Assembly (NCBI GenBank): GCA_021736605.1
Contig: JAIPFQ010000003.1
Coordinates: 1 to 53,785, forward strand
Reading direction: 5' to 3'
Origin: Spirochaetales bacterium
Lineage (GTDB): Bacteria > Spirochaetota > Spirochaetia > PWKH01
DNA: 53,785 nt
The notes beneath the pieces were generated by a model. The model had not been told where the DNA came from. It worked only from the letters and a program-made list of their open reading frames with translations, and searched no databases. The translations under genes and the position numbers were made by a program. Positions 29,894-40,038 of this stretch are shown piece by piece (the first letter of the stretch is position 1; every line of letters starts with the position of its first letter).

Positions 29894-30607
29894 TTAAATT
29901 CCGAGATACGCTTTCCGAACCTCCTCATCCTCCATCAGCTTAGAAGCTTTGTCTGTTAAGGTAATCTGTCCATTTTGAAGAACATATCCCCGATGTGCTA
30001 CTTTCAAGGCCATATTCGCATTCTGCTCCACAAGAAAAATGGTAGTCCCGCTTTCCTTGTTAATTTTTTCTATTATATCAAAAATCTGCTGCACAATGAG
30101 AGGGGCGAGTCCCAAAGACGGCTCATCCAGCAGAAGCAGCCGAGGTCGAGCCATAAGAGCTCGTGAGATTGCCAGCATCTGCTGCTCCCCGCCGCTCAGC
30201 GTTCCGCCGGGCTGATACTTACGCTGTTCGAGAATAGGGAACAACTCAAAAATATATTCAATGTCTTTTTTTAGTTCACCCTTATCCTTACGCAGATAAC
30301 CGCCCATATCAAGATTCTCCATCACGGTTAACTGGGGAAAAATTCTCCGCCCTTCAGGGACCTGGGATATACCGAGTTCAACAATCTTATTCGTCGGCAT
30401 ACTGGTTATATCTTTTCCTTCGAAGAAAATCTGTCCGGTCCGGGGAGGCACAGCCCCGCACATGGTCATAAGCGTAGTAGTCTTACCCGCACCATTAGCA
30501 CCAATCAGAGTGATTATTTCACCTTTTTCAACTTCAATATCAACATTCCGCAATGCTTGAATGTTTCCGTAAAAAGTATTGATTTTACTCAGCTGCAGCA
30601 TCTTCAT
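29894..30607 (-). CDS. livF: Branched-chain amino acid ABC ATPase
   Basis: GANGAGKTT, VPEGRRIF, LSGGEQQML, DEPSLGLAP. Confidence 0.95.
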   Translation of the reverse strand: MKMLQLSKINTFYGNIQALRNVDIEVEKGEIITLIGANGAGKTTTLMTMCGAVPPRTGQIFFEGKDITSMPTNKIVELGISQVPEGRRIFPQLTVMENLDMGGYLRKDKGELKKDIEYIFELFPILEQRKYQPGGTLSGGEQQMLAISRALMARPRLLLLDEPSLGLAPLIVQQIFDIIEKINKESGTTIFLVEQNANMALKVAHRGYVLQNGQITLTDKASKLMEDEEVRKAYLGI

Positions 30608-30610
30608 AGA

Positions 30611-31393
30611 TCACTCTCCCAGATATGCTTTAATGACATCAGGATTCTTCTTGATTTCCAAAGGTGAGCCCTCAGCAATAAGCTTACCATAATCAACAAC
30701 ATAAATTCTCTCAGCTACACTCATAACAAGACTCATATCATGTTCAATAAGGAGGATCGTGATATTCTCCGTATCCCTAATAATATTGATAGTCTTTACA
30801 AGCTCCCGTGTCTCCAGCGGATTCATTCCAGCAGCGGGTTCATCAAGCAAAAGAAGAAAGGGTTCAGTAGCCATGGCTCGGGCAATTTCAAGGCGTCTCT
30901 GTGCACCATAGGGAAGATTTTTTGCAAGGTTGTTGGAAAACTGCTCTAAGTTGAGCTTTTTAAGAATATTGTAACTGTCATGAATGCACTTCTCTTCCTC
31001 TTCCTTGACTTTTTTCCCTTTAAACATGGAACCAATCACACCAGTTTTCAGATGCTGATGCCTGCCGATCATGATATTCTCTAGAACGGTCATATTACTG
31101 AAAAGCCGAATATTCTGGAATGTTCTGGCAAGGCCCTTTTCGTTGATGACATGCGGTTCCATACCATTTATCCGGGTTGATTCAGCAGCCTCTGGGGCTT
31201 GAATAAAGACATCCCCCTCGGTCGGCTGATACACACCGGTTATACAGTTAAAGAAAGTTGTCTTCCCAGCTCCGTTAGGTCCGATGAGTGCGACAATTTC
31301 GCCTTTATCAATGCGAATATTTACTTGATCAACCGCCCTGAGACCGCCGAAAACCATACTCATATCTTTTACATTCAGTATTGGATTCATCAT
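30611..31393 (-). CDS. livG: Branched-chain amino acid ABC ATPase
   Basis: FGGLRAV, GPNGAGKTT, ARTFQNIRLF, LPYGAQRRLEIARA. Confidence 0.95.
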   Translation of the reverse strand: MMNPILNVKDMSMVFGGLRAVDQVNIRIDKGEIVALIGPNGAGKTTFFNCITGVYQPTEGDVFIQAPEAAESTRINGMEPHVINEKGLARTFQNIRLFSNMTVLENIMIGRHQHLKTGVIGSMFKGKKVKEEEEKCIHDSYNILKKLNLEQFSNNLAKNLPYGAQRRLEIARAMATEPFLLLLDEPAAGMNPLETRELVKTINIIRDTENITILLIEHDMSLVMSVAERIYVVDYGKLIAEGSPLEIKKNPDVIKAYLGE

Positions 31394-32637
31394 AAATCCT
31401 CTTCTTCAAAGGTGTACTTATTTCGTACCCGGGGAACAATCCCTTCAGGCTTAAATATCATCATAAGAACCAGTACCAAGCCGAAAATCAGCATTCTGTA
31501 TTCACTGAATGCTCTGAAATACTCAGGAAGCAGCATCATAAGTGATGCCCCGACGAGAACCCCGGGGATAGATCCCATACCGCCTAATACAACAATACAG
31601 AGAATCATTACTGACTCCCAAAGTGTAAAGCTGGCAGGATTAATAAAGGTAGTCTTTGCAGCAAGCAGTACGCCAGCAAACCCGGCCCACATGGCTCCCA
31701 GGGCAAAGCTGTAAAGTTTTGATCGTGCAAGACTGACTCCCATGGACTGGCAGGCAATTTCGTCTTCCCTCATAGCCTCCCAAGCGCGCCCTATCTTCGA
31801 GTTCTCTAAGTTTTTAATGAGTATGATTGATATAATAACCATCGCCAGGGCAATCAGATAGATATACTTAGAAGCGAAAATGGGATCAACCCTCATTCCA
31901 AAGAACCATGGTCGTGGAATTTGACTGATTCCACTTGGTCCCTGGGTAACATCACCCCAGTTCTGAAGCACCATACGGGTAATTTCTCCAAAAGCCAAAG
32001 TTACAATAGCCAGATAGTCACCCCGGAGGCGAATAACCGGCAGACAAATCAGAGCTCCGAAAACAAGGGAAAGCAGAACCGCTGCAGGAATTGCTATCCA
32101 GAACATCAGTCCAGTCTGCAGGCCTAGGGAGTAAAACCAGTCTTGCGCAAAATGGAAAAACAGCGCATAGGTATACGCTCCCACGGCATAGAATGCAGCA
32201 TAGCCCAAATGAAGCAGGCCTCCGTAGCCGATAACAATATTCAAGCCCAAACCGAGAATGATATAGATCAGTACGGAAATCATGATGTTTGTCTGATACA
32301 TGGAAAAAATAAAGGGAAAAGCGACAAGGAAAACTATCAATGCCGTTAATGACGGCTTTTTCACCTTCGGTTTCCCAAGTGTGCTTCTGATTATCCCTAC
32401 TTCAGTACTTTTCTTCTTGGCTGCAAATTCCTTTCTAGCATGCATATATCTCCAAACAAAGGAGAGAAAGAAAGTACCGATGCCGACATACACCAAATTC
32501 CCCCATCGATAAAAGGTTTCAGGAGTTTCTCCCATGGTGGAAACTTTCATAACCATAATGGGAAATGTCAGGAATATGAACCAAAGAGCACTCAAGGTGG
32601 ATTTTTTCAGTTCTTCAAGCCAGTTAATTTTCTGCAT
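31390..32637 (-). CDS. livM: Branched-chain amino acid ABC permease
   Basis: GLGLNIVIGYGGLLHLGYAAFY, RLRGDYLAIVTLAFGEI. Start re-called at MQKINW (SD GGAGG). Confidence 0.93.
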   Translation of the reverse strand: MQKINWLEELKKSTLSALWFIFLTFPIMVMKVSTMGETPETFYRWGNLVYVGIGTFFLSFVWRYMHARKEFAAKKKSTEVGIIRSTLGKPKVKKPSLTALIVFLVAFPFIFSMYQTNIMISVLIYIILGLGLNIVIGYGGLLHLGYAAFYAVGAYTYALFFHFAQDWFYSLGLQTGLMFWIAIPAAVLLSLVFGALICLPVIRLRGDYLAIVTLAFGEITRMVLQNWGDVTQGPSGISQIPRPWFFGMRVDPIFASKYIYLIALAMVIISIILIKNLENSKIGRAWEAMREDEIACQSMGVSLARSKLYSFALGAMWAGFAGVLLAAKTTFINPASFTLWESVMILCIVVLGGMGSIPGVLVGASLMMLLPEYFRAFSEYRMLIFGLVLVLMMIFKPEGIVPRVRNKYTFEEEDL

Positions 32638-32647
32638 ATCCTCCCTC

Positions 32648-33550
32648 CTAAACCTTCTTGAGTTCTTTCTTACCAAGGATTCCGGAGGGACGTACCAGAA
32701 GAATAATGATAAGAATGATAAATGCAAATGCATCTTCGTAATCACTGGAGATATAACCTGCTCCGAAACTTTCGCCCCAGCCGAGGACAAAACTGCCGAG
32801 AACAGCACCGGGAACAGATCCGATTCCTCCCAGTACAGCGGCAACAAAAGCTTTAATCCCTGCAATAAAACCGATGTAGTAGTTGATCTGTCCCATATAT
32901 GAGCAGATAAGAACTCCTCCCAAGGCTGCGGTTACAGAACCGAGAAGGAACGTCATAGATATAACCTGGTTAACATTGATACCCACTAACTGGGCCATCT
33001 GCTTATCCTGAGCTGTTGCCCGCATGGCTTTACCCATCTTGGTAAACTTAATGATAAATGTAAGGAAGACCATAACAACAGCAGTGGTCATGAGGATAAA
33101 AAGCTGATTTGAGTTCAGGATATTCCTGTAATCATTAAGAAAAGCAAACTGCGGTACCCAATTGGGATAGGGTATATAGTTGGATGTCTGGGAAAGCAGA
33201 ACATAGTTCTGCAGGAAGATAGACATTCCTATAGCACTGATCAATGCAGAAAGCCTGGGAGAATTTCGTAAAGGCTTATATGCCATCCGTTCAATGGTAA
33301 CTCCGTAAGCAGCAGCGTAAACCATCGCTGCTATAAGGGCCACTATCAGCACCCCTCCTGTGGACATCCCCGCTGCGGAAAGAGTAGCACCAAAGATAAG
33401 CGCTACCATTGCGCCGATCATATAAATTTCACCGTGGGCAAAATTGATCAGTTGGATAATACCGTAGACCATGGTATACCCCAATGCTATCAGGGCATAA
33501 ATACTTCCCTTGACCATACCGCTCATGAATAATTGAATAAAATATTCCAT
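32648..33550 (-). CDS. livH: Branched-chain amino acid ABC permease
   Basis: GSIYALIALGYTMVYGI, INFAHGE, KAFVAAVLGGIG. Confidence 0.95.
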   Translation of the reverse strand: MEYFIQLFMSGMVKGSIYALIALGYTMVYGIIQLINFAHGEIYMIGAMVALIFGATLSAAGMSTGGVLIVALIAAMVYAAAYGVTIERMAYKPLRNSPRLSALISAIGMSIFLQNYVLLSQTSNYIPYPNWVPQFAFLNDYRNILNSNQLFILMTTAVVMVFLTFIIKFTKMGKAMRATAQDKQMAQLVGINVNQVISMTFLLGSVTAALGGVLICSYMGQINYYIGFIAGIKAFVAAVLGGIGSVPGAVLGSFVLGWGESFGAGYISSDYEDAFAFIILIIILLVRPSGILGKKELKKV

Positions 33551-33607
33551 AGCACTTCCAATATTTACTTTTGATATGTTTTATACATTCCCAGTTTTCT
33601 CGCCGCC

Positions 33608-33642
33608 GTTACTGCTGTTACTGCTGTTACTGCTGTTACTGC
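33608..33642. repeat. Tandem repeat, ~4 x 9 bp (GTTACTGCT)
   Basis: Read directly from the sequence. Confidence 0.9.
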
Positions 33643-33781
33643 CAACTGTAGTACTTTTCGCTATCGTAAACAACTCTGCCCTCAATGCCGCCGGCGGTTC
33701 GTAAAATTCACTTAGCTATTTTTTACTATTTCAGATATTTTTGCAATAAAAAAATGCATCACTTTGCTAAAAAACACCAGC

Positions 33782-33811
33782 AAAAAAATTGGGGACGCAC
33801 TAGACGCCCCC
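33782..33811 (-). terminator. Intrinsic terminator or attenuator after livK
   Basis: Minus strand GGGGGCG-loop-CGTCCCC followed by AATTTTTTT. Confidence 0.65.
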
Positions 33812-33852
33812 GTTATATATCACTAAACAAGTTATTCGTCTTTTTCTACAAC

Positions 33853-34986
33853 TTATTTAAGTTCAACAAACTCTCCGCCCTGAACCTGATAAACTGAGAA
33901 ACCGACACCAATTGCATCGCCCTTATCGTCAAAGCTGATTTTACCGAGAGGTGTTTCTACATATTCACTCGTTAAAGCATCTTTGATTGCCGCGTATTCA
34001 GTTGAACCTGCTTTATCAATGGCATTCAGGAGCGCCTCTGTGGCGGCATATGCATTGTGAAAGAAAGCCCCGGGTTTTTCACCGTATTTTTCAACGTGAG
34101 CTTTAGTAGATTCAATGTAGAGCGGGTTATCACTGGTATCAACAGGGCCTGTGGCATAGACGCCTTCAGCGAATTCACCTGCTACAGCGATAAAAGTTTC
34201 ATCCTTTACACCATCTTCAGAGAGGAAGGGCATGTCCATGCCTTTGTTTCTCATCTGTGTAACCAGCTTTGAAGCTTCAGGATGATAACCGCCCCAAACA
34301 AGGCCTTCAGCATCAGAATTGGCTACTTTGTTGACTACCGCATTGTAATCCAGTGCTCCAGGAGTAATACCTTCAAAAAGGACAACTTCCACACCTTCCT
34401 CCAGGAGATACTCTCTCATGAAAGTAGCAAAACCCTTACCATAGTCACCTTTGTCATGAAGGATGGCAACACTTTCCAGACCAAGTTCATCTACGATGAA
34501 ATTAGTTTCTGTTACTGCCTGTGCATCATCAGGTGCAATGGTACGGAAAAAGTTCGGATAATCACCGCTTTTGGTCAGCGGAGGATTGGTTGCTGAGGGA
34601 GAAATAGTAATAATTTCAGAATCAACATAAATACCCAGAGCAGCCTTTGTTGCACCGGAGCAAATATGCCCCATCACAGCTACTACATTCTCACCGAGCA
34701 GTTTGGCAGCAGTATTTGTTGCAATTTCCGGTTTACACTGGTCATCTTCAACAATCAACTCTACCTGACGACCCAAAACACCGCCTGCTTCGTTCCATTT
34801 TTCGGCAACAAGTTCAGCAGCATGAACAGAAGGGATACCATAGGAAGCAAGGTCACCGGAATGAGCTCCCCCCACTCCAATTTTAATCGGTCCTGTACCT
34901 TCTGCATCTCCCTGTGCGAATACACTCATGCTTACCATTGTTAACGCAAGAATAAGCACCAATGAGAAAATTCTTGTTTTTTTCAT
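33853..34986 (-). CDS. livK: Branched-chain amino acid ABC substrate-binding protein
   Basis: EDDQCKP, GHICSGAT, SPSATNP, FFRTIAPDDAQ, HDKGDYGKG. Confidence 0.92.
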   Translation of the reverse strand: MKKTRIFSLVLILALTMVSMSVFAQGDAEGTGPIKIGVGGAHSGDLASYGIPSVHAAELVAEKWNEAGGVLGRQVELIVEDDQCKPEIATNTAAKLLGENVVAVMGHICSGATKAALGIYVDSEIITISPSATNPPLTKSGDYPNFFRTIAPDDAQAVTETNFIVDELGLESVAILHDKGDYGKGFATFMREYLLEEGVEVVLFEGITPGALDYNAVVNKVANSDAEGLVWGGYHPEASKLVTQMRNKGMDMPFLSEDGVKDETFIAVAGEFAEGVYATGPVDTSDNPLYIESTKAHVEKYGEKPGAFFHNAYAATEALLNAIDKAGSTEYAAIKDALTSEYVETPLGKISFDDKGDAIGVGFSVYQVQGGEFVELK

Positions 34987-35329
34987 CACGACTCCTTTTT
35001 ATGGTTTTAATTTCTGTACTACCAAAACATTATGAAAAACCATGCTCACATAATGCTATTCGGACATAATACCATAATTTTAGAATTAATGTACCAGTTT
35101 TCATATCTTTTTTCCATACTTATTTTACTTTTTTTAGTATATTTTTTCGATATTTATGCAGACTTGCTGTATACATTTCAGGAGTTTGATCTGCTTGCCT
35201 GTTTTATGAAGCTTAAGAGGCAGCAAAAAAGCTTAGGATTCAGCCGTTTTTTCAGGCCTCAGGCTGTAGGAGCTTAGGGATCGGGCTTAGGGCTTAGGGC
35301 TTATAGATCGGGTCTTGGGGACTTAGGGA

Positions 35330-35358
35330 TTGACAGCAGAATTTATTTATTCTAATCT
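35330..35358 (+). promoter_or_regulatory. Probable tRNA promoter
   Basis: TTGACA (35330)-N17-TAATCT, ~22 nt upstream of the tRNA. Confidence 0.55.
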
Positions 35359-35379
35359 TCAAACGCAATAAACGGTAAA

Positions 35380-35453
35380 GCCCCGGTAGCTCAGCAGGAT
35401 AGAGCGGCTGCCTCCTAAGCAGCAGGTCATGCGTTCGAATCGCGTCCGGGGTA
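35380..35453 (+). tRNA. tRNA-Arg (anticodon CCT)
   Basis: Acceptor GCCCCGG/CCGGGGT, D-arm GCTC..GAGC, anticodon stem GCTGC-CT-CCT-AA-GCAGC, T-loop GTTCGAATC; CCA not encoded. Confidence 0.97.
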
Positions 35454-35558
35454 ACTTTTAATCCACTAATATATAATGATTTAATTGTTCAGTTCATGAG
35501 TTGAGTTATTTTCCCGGTGACATTTCGGAACCAGTCTGTACCAATTTTTAAGGTTTCG

Positions 35559-35627
35559 ACCTGCCAAACAACCTGCCAAACAACCTGCCAAACAACCTGC
35601 CAAACGACCTATTTAACGACCTACCAA
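35559..35627. repeat. Tandem repeat, 4 x 12 bp (ACCTGCCAAACA) plus two degenerate units
   Basis: Read directly from the sequence. Confidence 0.9.
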
Positions 35628-35677
35628 TTCCCAAAAAAAGGTAAAAAAACTATATGATTGTTAAGTATCATATAAAT

Positions 35678-35706
35678 TTGACAAAGCCCGCAGAGAAGAC
35701 TAAAAT
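35678..35706 (+). promoter_or_regulatory. Sigma70 promoter abutting the diguanylate cyclase start codon
   Basis: TTGACA-N17-TAAAAT; ATG begins 6 nt after the -10 box. Confidence 0.7.
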
Positions 35707-35711
35707 GTTTT

Positions 35712-37163
35712 ATGAAAAAAAGTCATACCCTCAAACTTATAATAATTGTCAGTACATTGCTTATTTGTTCTTTTCTCAGCTTGAGTATTTTTAATTATAT
35801 AGCTATGAAAGACTCAATAAAAGAAGAGATAGTAAACTCAACTCTCCCCCTGCTTAGAGATAATATCAATTCCCAAATTCAAAAGAATTTCATTCCCTCA
35901 CTGCATCATGCATCGCTCATGGCTAATGATTCCTATGTTAAAAACTGGATTACATCAGGAGAAAAAGACATCAATGCTATTCGAGAATACCTTTTGGGCA
36001 TACATGAAGAGTACGGCTATTTTTCAACATTTCTTATATCTGAAAAAACACATGCATATTATCACTATGACGGGATACTTAAAACGGTAAATCCGAAAGA
36101 TCCCCATGATATCTGGTACTATACATTTATTAAATCCGGTGAAAAGTATGATTTGGATGTAGATACTAATGAAGCAGCCGACAACCAGCTGACCATCTTT
36201 ATCAATCACCGAATTGAAGATACCCAGGGGAATTTGCTTGGAGTAATCGGAGTAGGCATAAAGATGAAGCATTTTTCTTCCTTTCTGGAAGAAAAACAGA
36301 GAACATACAGCAGAAATATCTATTTAGTTGACCCCGACGGTATCATACAGGCCCATTCTGAAGAAAAAATGATTGAACATGCTTCAATTTTTGATCAGGC
36401 TGGGATTAAAGACATTGCAGACGATATGCTTATTCCTGAACTCGAACCGCGTAATAATTCCTATCGAAACAACGGGCACTCCATCCTGACAACTTCGCTG
36501 TATATGCCTGAATTGGATTGGTTTCTCGTTGTGGAGCAGGATGAAAAAGAATCCCTGGGAATTGCCCGCAAAAATTTATTGCGAACCATAATAATTGGAC
36601 TAGTAACTTCACTTATCATCACTAGTATCATTGCCGTAATTATCAGGCATTTCCAGAAGAAACTTGAATACAACGCATTGACTGATGAGCTGACACAGAT
36701 TGCTAACCGCAGAAATTTTATTCAGCAGATGCATATTTCCATCAGTCGTTTCAGGAGATACAGTCTTCCACTTTCATTAATTCTTTTTGATATAGACCAT
36801 TTCAAACAAATAAATGATGCTCAAGGTCACTTGAATGGAGATCAAATCCTTAAAGATTTAGCTGCTTTTCTCCAAAGCATTATTAGGGATGTTGATTTTG
36901 CAGCCAGGTGGGGCGGAGATGAATTCGTGATTATTGTCCATAACAAGCAGCATGAAACTGAAAGGCTAGCAGAACGTATACGTAAAGAATTACGTAATAA
37001 TCCGCTGCCCATGGGCAGTAAAGAAGCAGATCTCATTACGCTCAGCATGGGGGTAACGGAATTCACAAAGGATGACACCCTCGAAAAAGTCATGGGACGT
37101 GCAGATAAAGCTTTATATACGGCAAAAGATGAGGGACGGGATAAAATTATTGTCCTTTCCTGA
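35712..37163 (+). CDS. Cache-sensor diguanylate cyclase
   Basis: Two TM segments flanking a periplasmic Cache-like domain; DIDHFKQINDAQGH, I-site RDVD, ARWGGDEF, RADKALY. Confidence 0.93.
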   Translation: MKKSHTLKLIIIVSTLLICSFLSLSIFNYIAMKDSIKEEIVNSTLPLLRDNINSQIQKNFIPSLHHASLMANDSYVKNWITSGEKDINAIREYLLGIHEEYGYFSTFLISEKTHAYYHYDGILKTVNPKDPHDIWYYTFIKSGEKYDLDVDTNEAADNQLTIFINHRIEDTQGNLLGVIGVGIKMKHFSSFLEEKQRTYSRNIYLVDPDGIIQAHSEEKMIEHASIFDQAGIKDIADDMLIPELEPRNNSYRNNGHSILTTSLYMPELDWFLVVEQDEKESLGIARKNLLRTIIIGLVTSLIITSIIAVIIRHFQKKLEYNALTDELTQIANRRNFIQQMHISISRFRRYSLPLSLILFDIDHFKQINDAQGHLNGDQILKDLAAFLQSIIRDVDFAARWGGDEFVIIVHNKQHETERLAERIRKELRNNPLPMGSKEADLITLSMGVTEFTKDDTLEKVMGRADKALYTAKDEGRDKIIVLS

Positions 37164-37299
37164 GCTTTTTCTGCTTTTGAACTTCATTCTGATCTTCGCC
37201 CCTTCTGTTTCTGCTTTCCTGATATTGTAAAGCACCTAGGCTGCCTGAAGCTGGAGTCCATTGTTTTACCCGTGTGCTTATTTAAAACTCAGCGACATC

Positions 37300-38112
37300 T
37301 CAATTGTGCAGACGATAGTAATCAGCATACTGTTTCATCTGCAGACTTCGTTGGTAAATGGTTTCCAGAAGCTCCGGATTGGATTTTCGGCAGGAAGCGA
37401 ATATTTTCATGAGCTTTTTTTCCTCACTCGCTGAATATTTCGAACCAGGACCGATTCTGTAAAAGACTTCCCCGGTTTCAGCATCCACAGTCAGATACCC
37501 GGAAAACATCTCTCTCTTCTTTTTTTTATGTACCATGATCAGCTGTACACTTTTTGTAAGATCCTGGGAAAAGAAACCGTAGCGATCATCTATGATGACA
37601 TGTTTGTATTCGAATTCTGCTTCAAAAGGCTCAGCATAGGGAAAAATTTGATGATACGGAATAAACGCCTTACTGCGCTCCTTTTCAAGGACTGAAAAAT
37701 CTGGGAACCAGCCTGTTTTAATGGAATCCTGAAAGGTAAAACCTGCGGTCACACTCCGTTTGAAACTGAGATATTCATCCTCAATCCAATCCCAATCGTC
37801 CTTGGACAGCTTAACCAGTTCTTCATTGAACCCCCACTCCTTTTTATCCTTATTGACGCTGTCAAGCCGTGATGAATCAATAGAGCGCTTCTTGCAGGAG
37901 ATTGGCAGCCTCAGGGGCGGCATTTTTTCAAGTTGATTACTGCTCTTACCAAAATAGTCAAAGACAGCAACAGCCTCATCAATTTCTGTAAAGGGATTTG
38001 GATCCATCTCTTCCAAATCCAGAGTAGGTATAACCTCTTCAACTTCAAAATTTGATTTTTTACCGGAAATAAACCCATCAAAATCTTCTATCGGAATACT
38101 GACATGATACAT
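37300..38112 (-). CDS. Hypothetical protein
   Basis: 270-aa ORF with SD AGGAGG; no motif recognised. Confidence 0.75.
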   Translation of the reverse strand: MYHVSIPIEDFDGFISGKKSNFEVEEVIPTLDLEEMDPNPFTEIDEAVAVFDYFGKSSNQLEKMPPLRLPISCKKRSIDSSRLDSVNKDKKEWGFNEELVKLSKDDWDWIEDEYLSFKRSVTAGFTFQDSIKTGWFPDFSVLEKERSKAFIPYHQIFPYAEPFEAEFEYKHVIIDDRYGFFSQDLTKSVQLIMVHKKKKREMFSGYLTVDAETGEVFYRIGPGSKYSASEEKKLMKIFASCRKSNPELLETIYQRSLQMKQYADYYRLHN

Positions 38113-38438
38113 AATACGCCTCCTGATTGCCGTAAAGGCAATTTTAATTGGTGAAATTTTTTCAGCAGCTTGGATTAACCAGCCTGTACCGGATCCGGCA
38201 GAAGCTGCATCTGCAGCTGCAGTTTCTGTTTCTCTTACGGTCTATACTATGTACTACACAGAAAATGAGAAATCTGATTTAAATTTTTGAGATTTTTTAT
38301 ACTTTTTTTTGGGATTTTTTACTATTTATCGTTTTTGGGATATTTTACGTATTAAAAAATTGAAGGAACATACTGAAAAAGAAACATCTAAGAGATTCCG
38401 AAAAACACTCCGCAAAAAATGATAGACGGCTATTGAAA

Positions 38439-39068
38439 TCAGTTCTGAAAAACCGCCAACTCCCTTTCCGTACGCTCCTTCAGAGCTATCGTCTCTGCTA
38501 GACGATATCCTGCAAGTGAAACACGCTTGATAAGAGCTTTATCAGCTGCAGCATCACCAGCTTCAAAATATCCCCGTGCAGCGGCACTGTCCACAACCCG
38601 CCAACCCAAAGATGCTAAGCCTTTCTCCATCCCCTCTTGGGTGCAGCCCATATCTTCAATAGCTGTCTGACCGCTTACCGCCAGAACAACAGCATATTTC
38701 GGGCCAAGCACTTCACCTATACCGAGCCAGACAGAGCGATCATCTTCAGCAAAAGCTTCAAAACAGTAGCAGCGGTCCATCATCATCTTCATAAGTCCTG
38801 ACATACCGTAAAAATAAGCGGGAGAACCCAAAATAAGACCATCCGATGAGAGCAAACGGGGATAGAGTTTCTGCATATCATCTTTGATGACACAGCGGTA
38901 AGTATGGAGACAACTGTCACAGCCTCGGCACTCTTCTATGGTGAAATCATCCAGAAATATCAGTTCTGTCTCAGCACCCTGACTTTCCGCAGCTTTGAGA
39001 GCTTCTTTCACCATCACCGCAGTATTTCCCTTTTTGCGACGACTTCCGACAATACCAATAATGTTCAT
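38439..39068 (-). CDS. Flavodoxin-fold iron-sulfur flavoprotein (NADPH-dependent FMN reductase family)
   Basis: GSRRKKGNT, CRGCDSCLHTYRC, LGSPAYF, MMDR. Confidence 0.88.
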   Translation of the reverse strand: MNIIGIVGSRRKKGNTAVMVKEALKAAESQGAETELIFLDDFTIEECRGCDSCLHTYRCVIKDDMQKLYPRLLSSDGLILGSPAYFYGMSGLMKMMMDRCYCFEAFAEDDRSVWLGIGEVLGPKYAVVLAVSGQTAIEDMGCTQEGMEKGLASLGWRVVDSAAARGYFEAGDAAADKALIKRVSLAGYRLAETIALKERTERELAVFQN

Positions 39069-39313
39069 ATTTCAGCCTCCTTCAAGCTTCAAGGAAAGAA
39101 CTCTACTGCCTGATAGGCTCCGTAAGATACAAAGACCGCGCAGAATACAAAGACCTCGCAAGTTCCAATAGTCCGCAAGGTCCATAGTTTTTGCAATTTC
39201 AAGCAATATAAATCCATGTAACATCTTAGGCGGCGCTATTACTTCTTCGCCCTAATTACCCACTGTATTTCAGGACCTATTCCTGCCCTATTCCTGCCAG
39301 TGTGCCTAAAACC

Positions 39314-39913
39314 CTATTCCTGCCAGTACTGAGGGTCTTTGAAAACATTGCAGCATTCAACTTTTCCGCTGATTCTGCCGATTAAACCGGTACTCAGCTC
39401 CTGAACCATCCACGCATCGGCATTTTCTTCTGGTATGGGATAGGGCGCTTCAAAACCGCGAACCCCCGCCGGGAGAAAACCGAAACGGGGGTAGTAAGCG
39501 GGGTGACCAAGAACAAAAACCAGCTCCGCCCCGGCTCCATGGAGAGAAAACAGGCTTTCGCGAACCAGCCGTCCTCCAATGCCTTTGGACTGACAGGAAG
39601 GAAGAACCGCCAACGGAGCCAGCAGGTAGACCTCTGCCGAAGCATCAGCCCGTTCGTGCTTCTCCTCATTTATGGGCAGATCAATCTGGGCAGCTCGCAC
39701 AGAAGCCTTTGTATACAGGATATGCCCGATCAATTCACCCTGGTAATCAGCGGTTAAAGAGAGGATCGGCCGCGCCGTTTCATCAGCAAACAGCTTAGTC
39801 ACCAGCTCAGCAATAACAGGTCCCTCCTCAGGACCGAAAGCCTTTCTATGAATATCCAGTATCCGAGGAATTTCTTCTTCCCGGGTTTCCCGTATTTCAC
39901 TCGTTCTGTACAT
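39314..39913 (-). CDS. GNAT N-acetyltransferase (YhbS-like)
   Basis: LAPLAVLPSCQSKGIGGRLV, VFVLGHPAYYPRFGF. Confidence 0.92.
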   Translation of the reverse strand: MYRTSEIRETREEEIPRILDIHRKAFGPEEGPVIAELVTKLFADETARPILSLTADYQGELIGHILYTKASVRAAQIDLPINEEKHERADASAEVYLLAPLAVLPSCQSKGIGGRLVRESLFSLHGAGAELVFVLGHPAYYPRFGFLPAGVRGFEAPYPIPEENADAWMVQELSTGLIGRISGKVECCNVFKDPQYWQE

Positions 39914-39921
39914 AACTCCCC

Positions 39922-39998
39922 CTGTCTGTACTCCCTGCCTGCATTCTCTACCTGAATTCTCTGTCTGTATACTCTGCCTGTATACTCTGCCTGTATTC
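39922..39998. repeat. Degenerate tandem repeat, ~6 x 13 bp (CTGTATACTCTGC-like)
   Basis: Read directly from the sequence, between the aldo/keto reductase stop and the GNAT RBS. Confidence 0.8.
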
Positions 39999-40038
39999 AG
40001 TCAACTTTCAACACTGCACCGGAACCGGCGCTTATGTA

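Noticed and set aside
32638-32865. N-terminal extension of livM in the ORF track
   Set aside because: It overlaps livH in another frame; the SD supports a start at 32637.
35272-35330. Telomere-like TTAGGG repeats
   Set aside because: The unit is GCTTAGG, short and irregular; consistent with the general slippage repeats seen here.
35559-35627. Tandem repeats as a CRISPR array
   Set aside because: Contiguous 12-bp units with no spacers, and no cas genes in the window.
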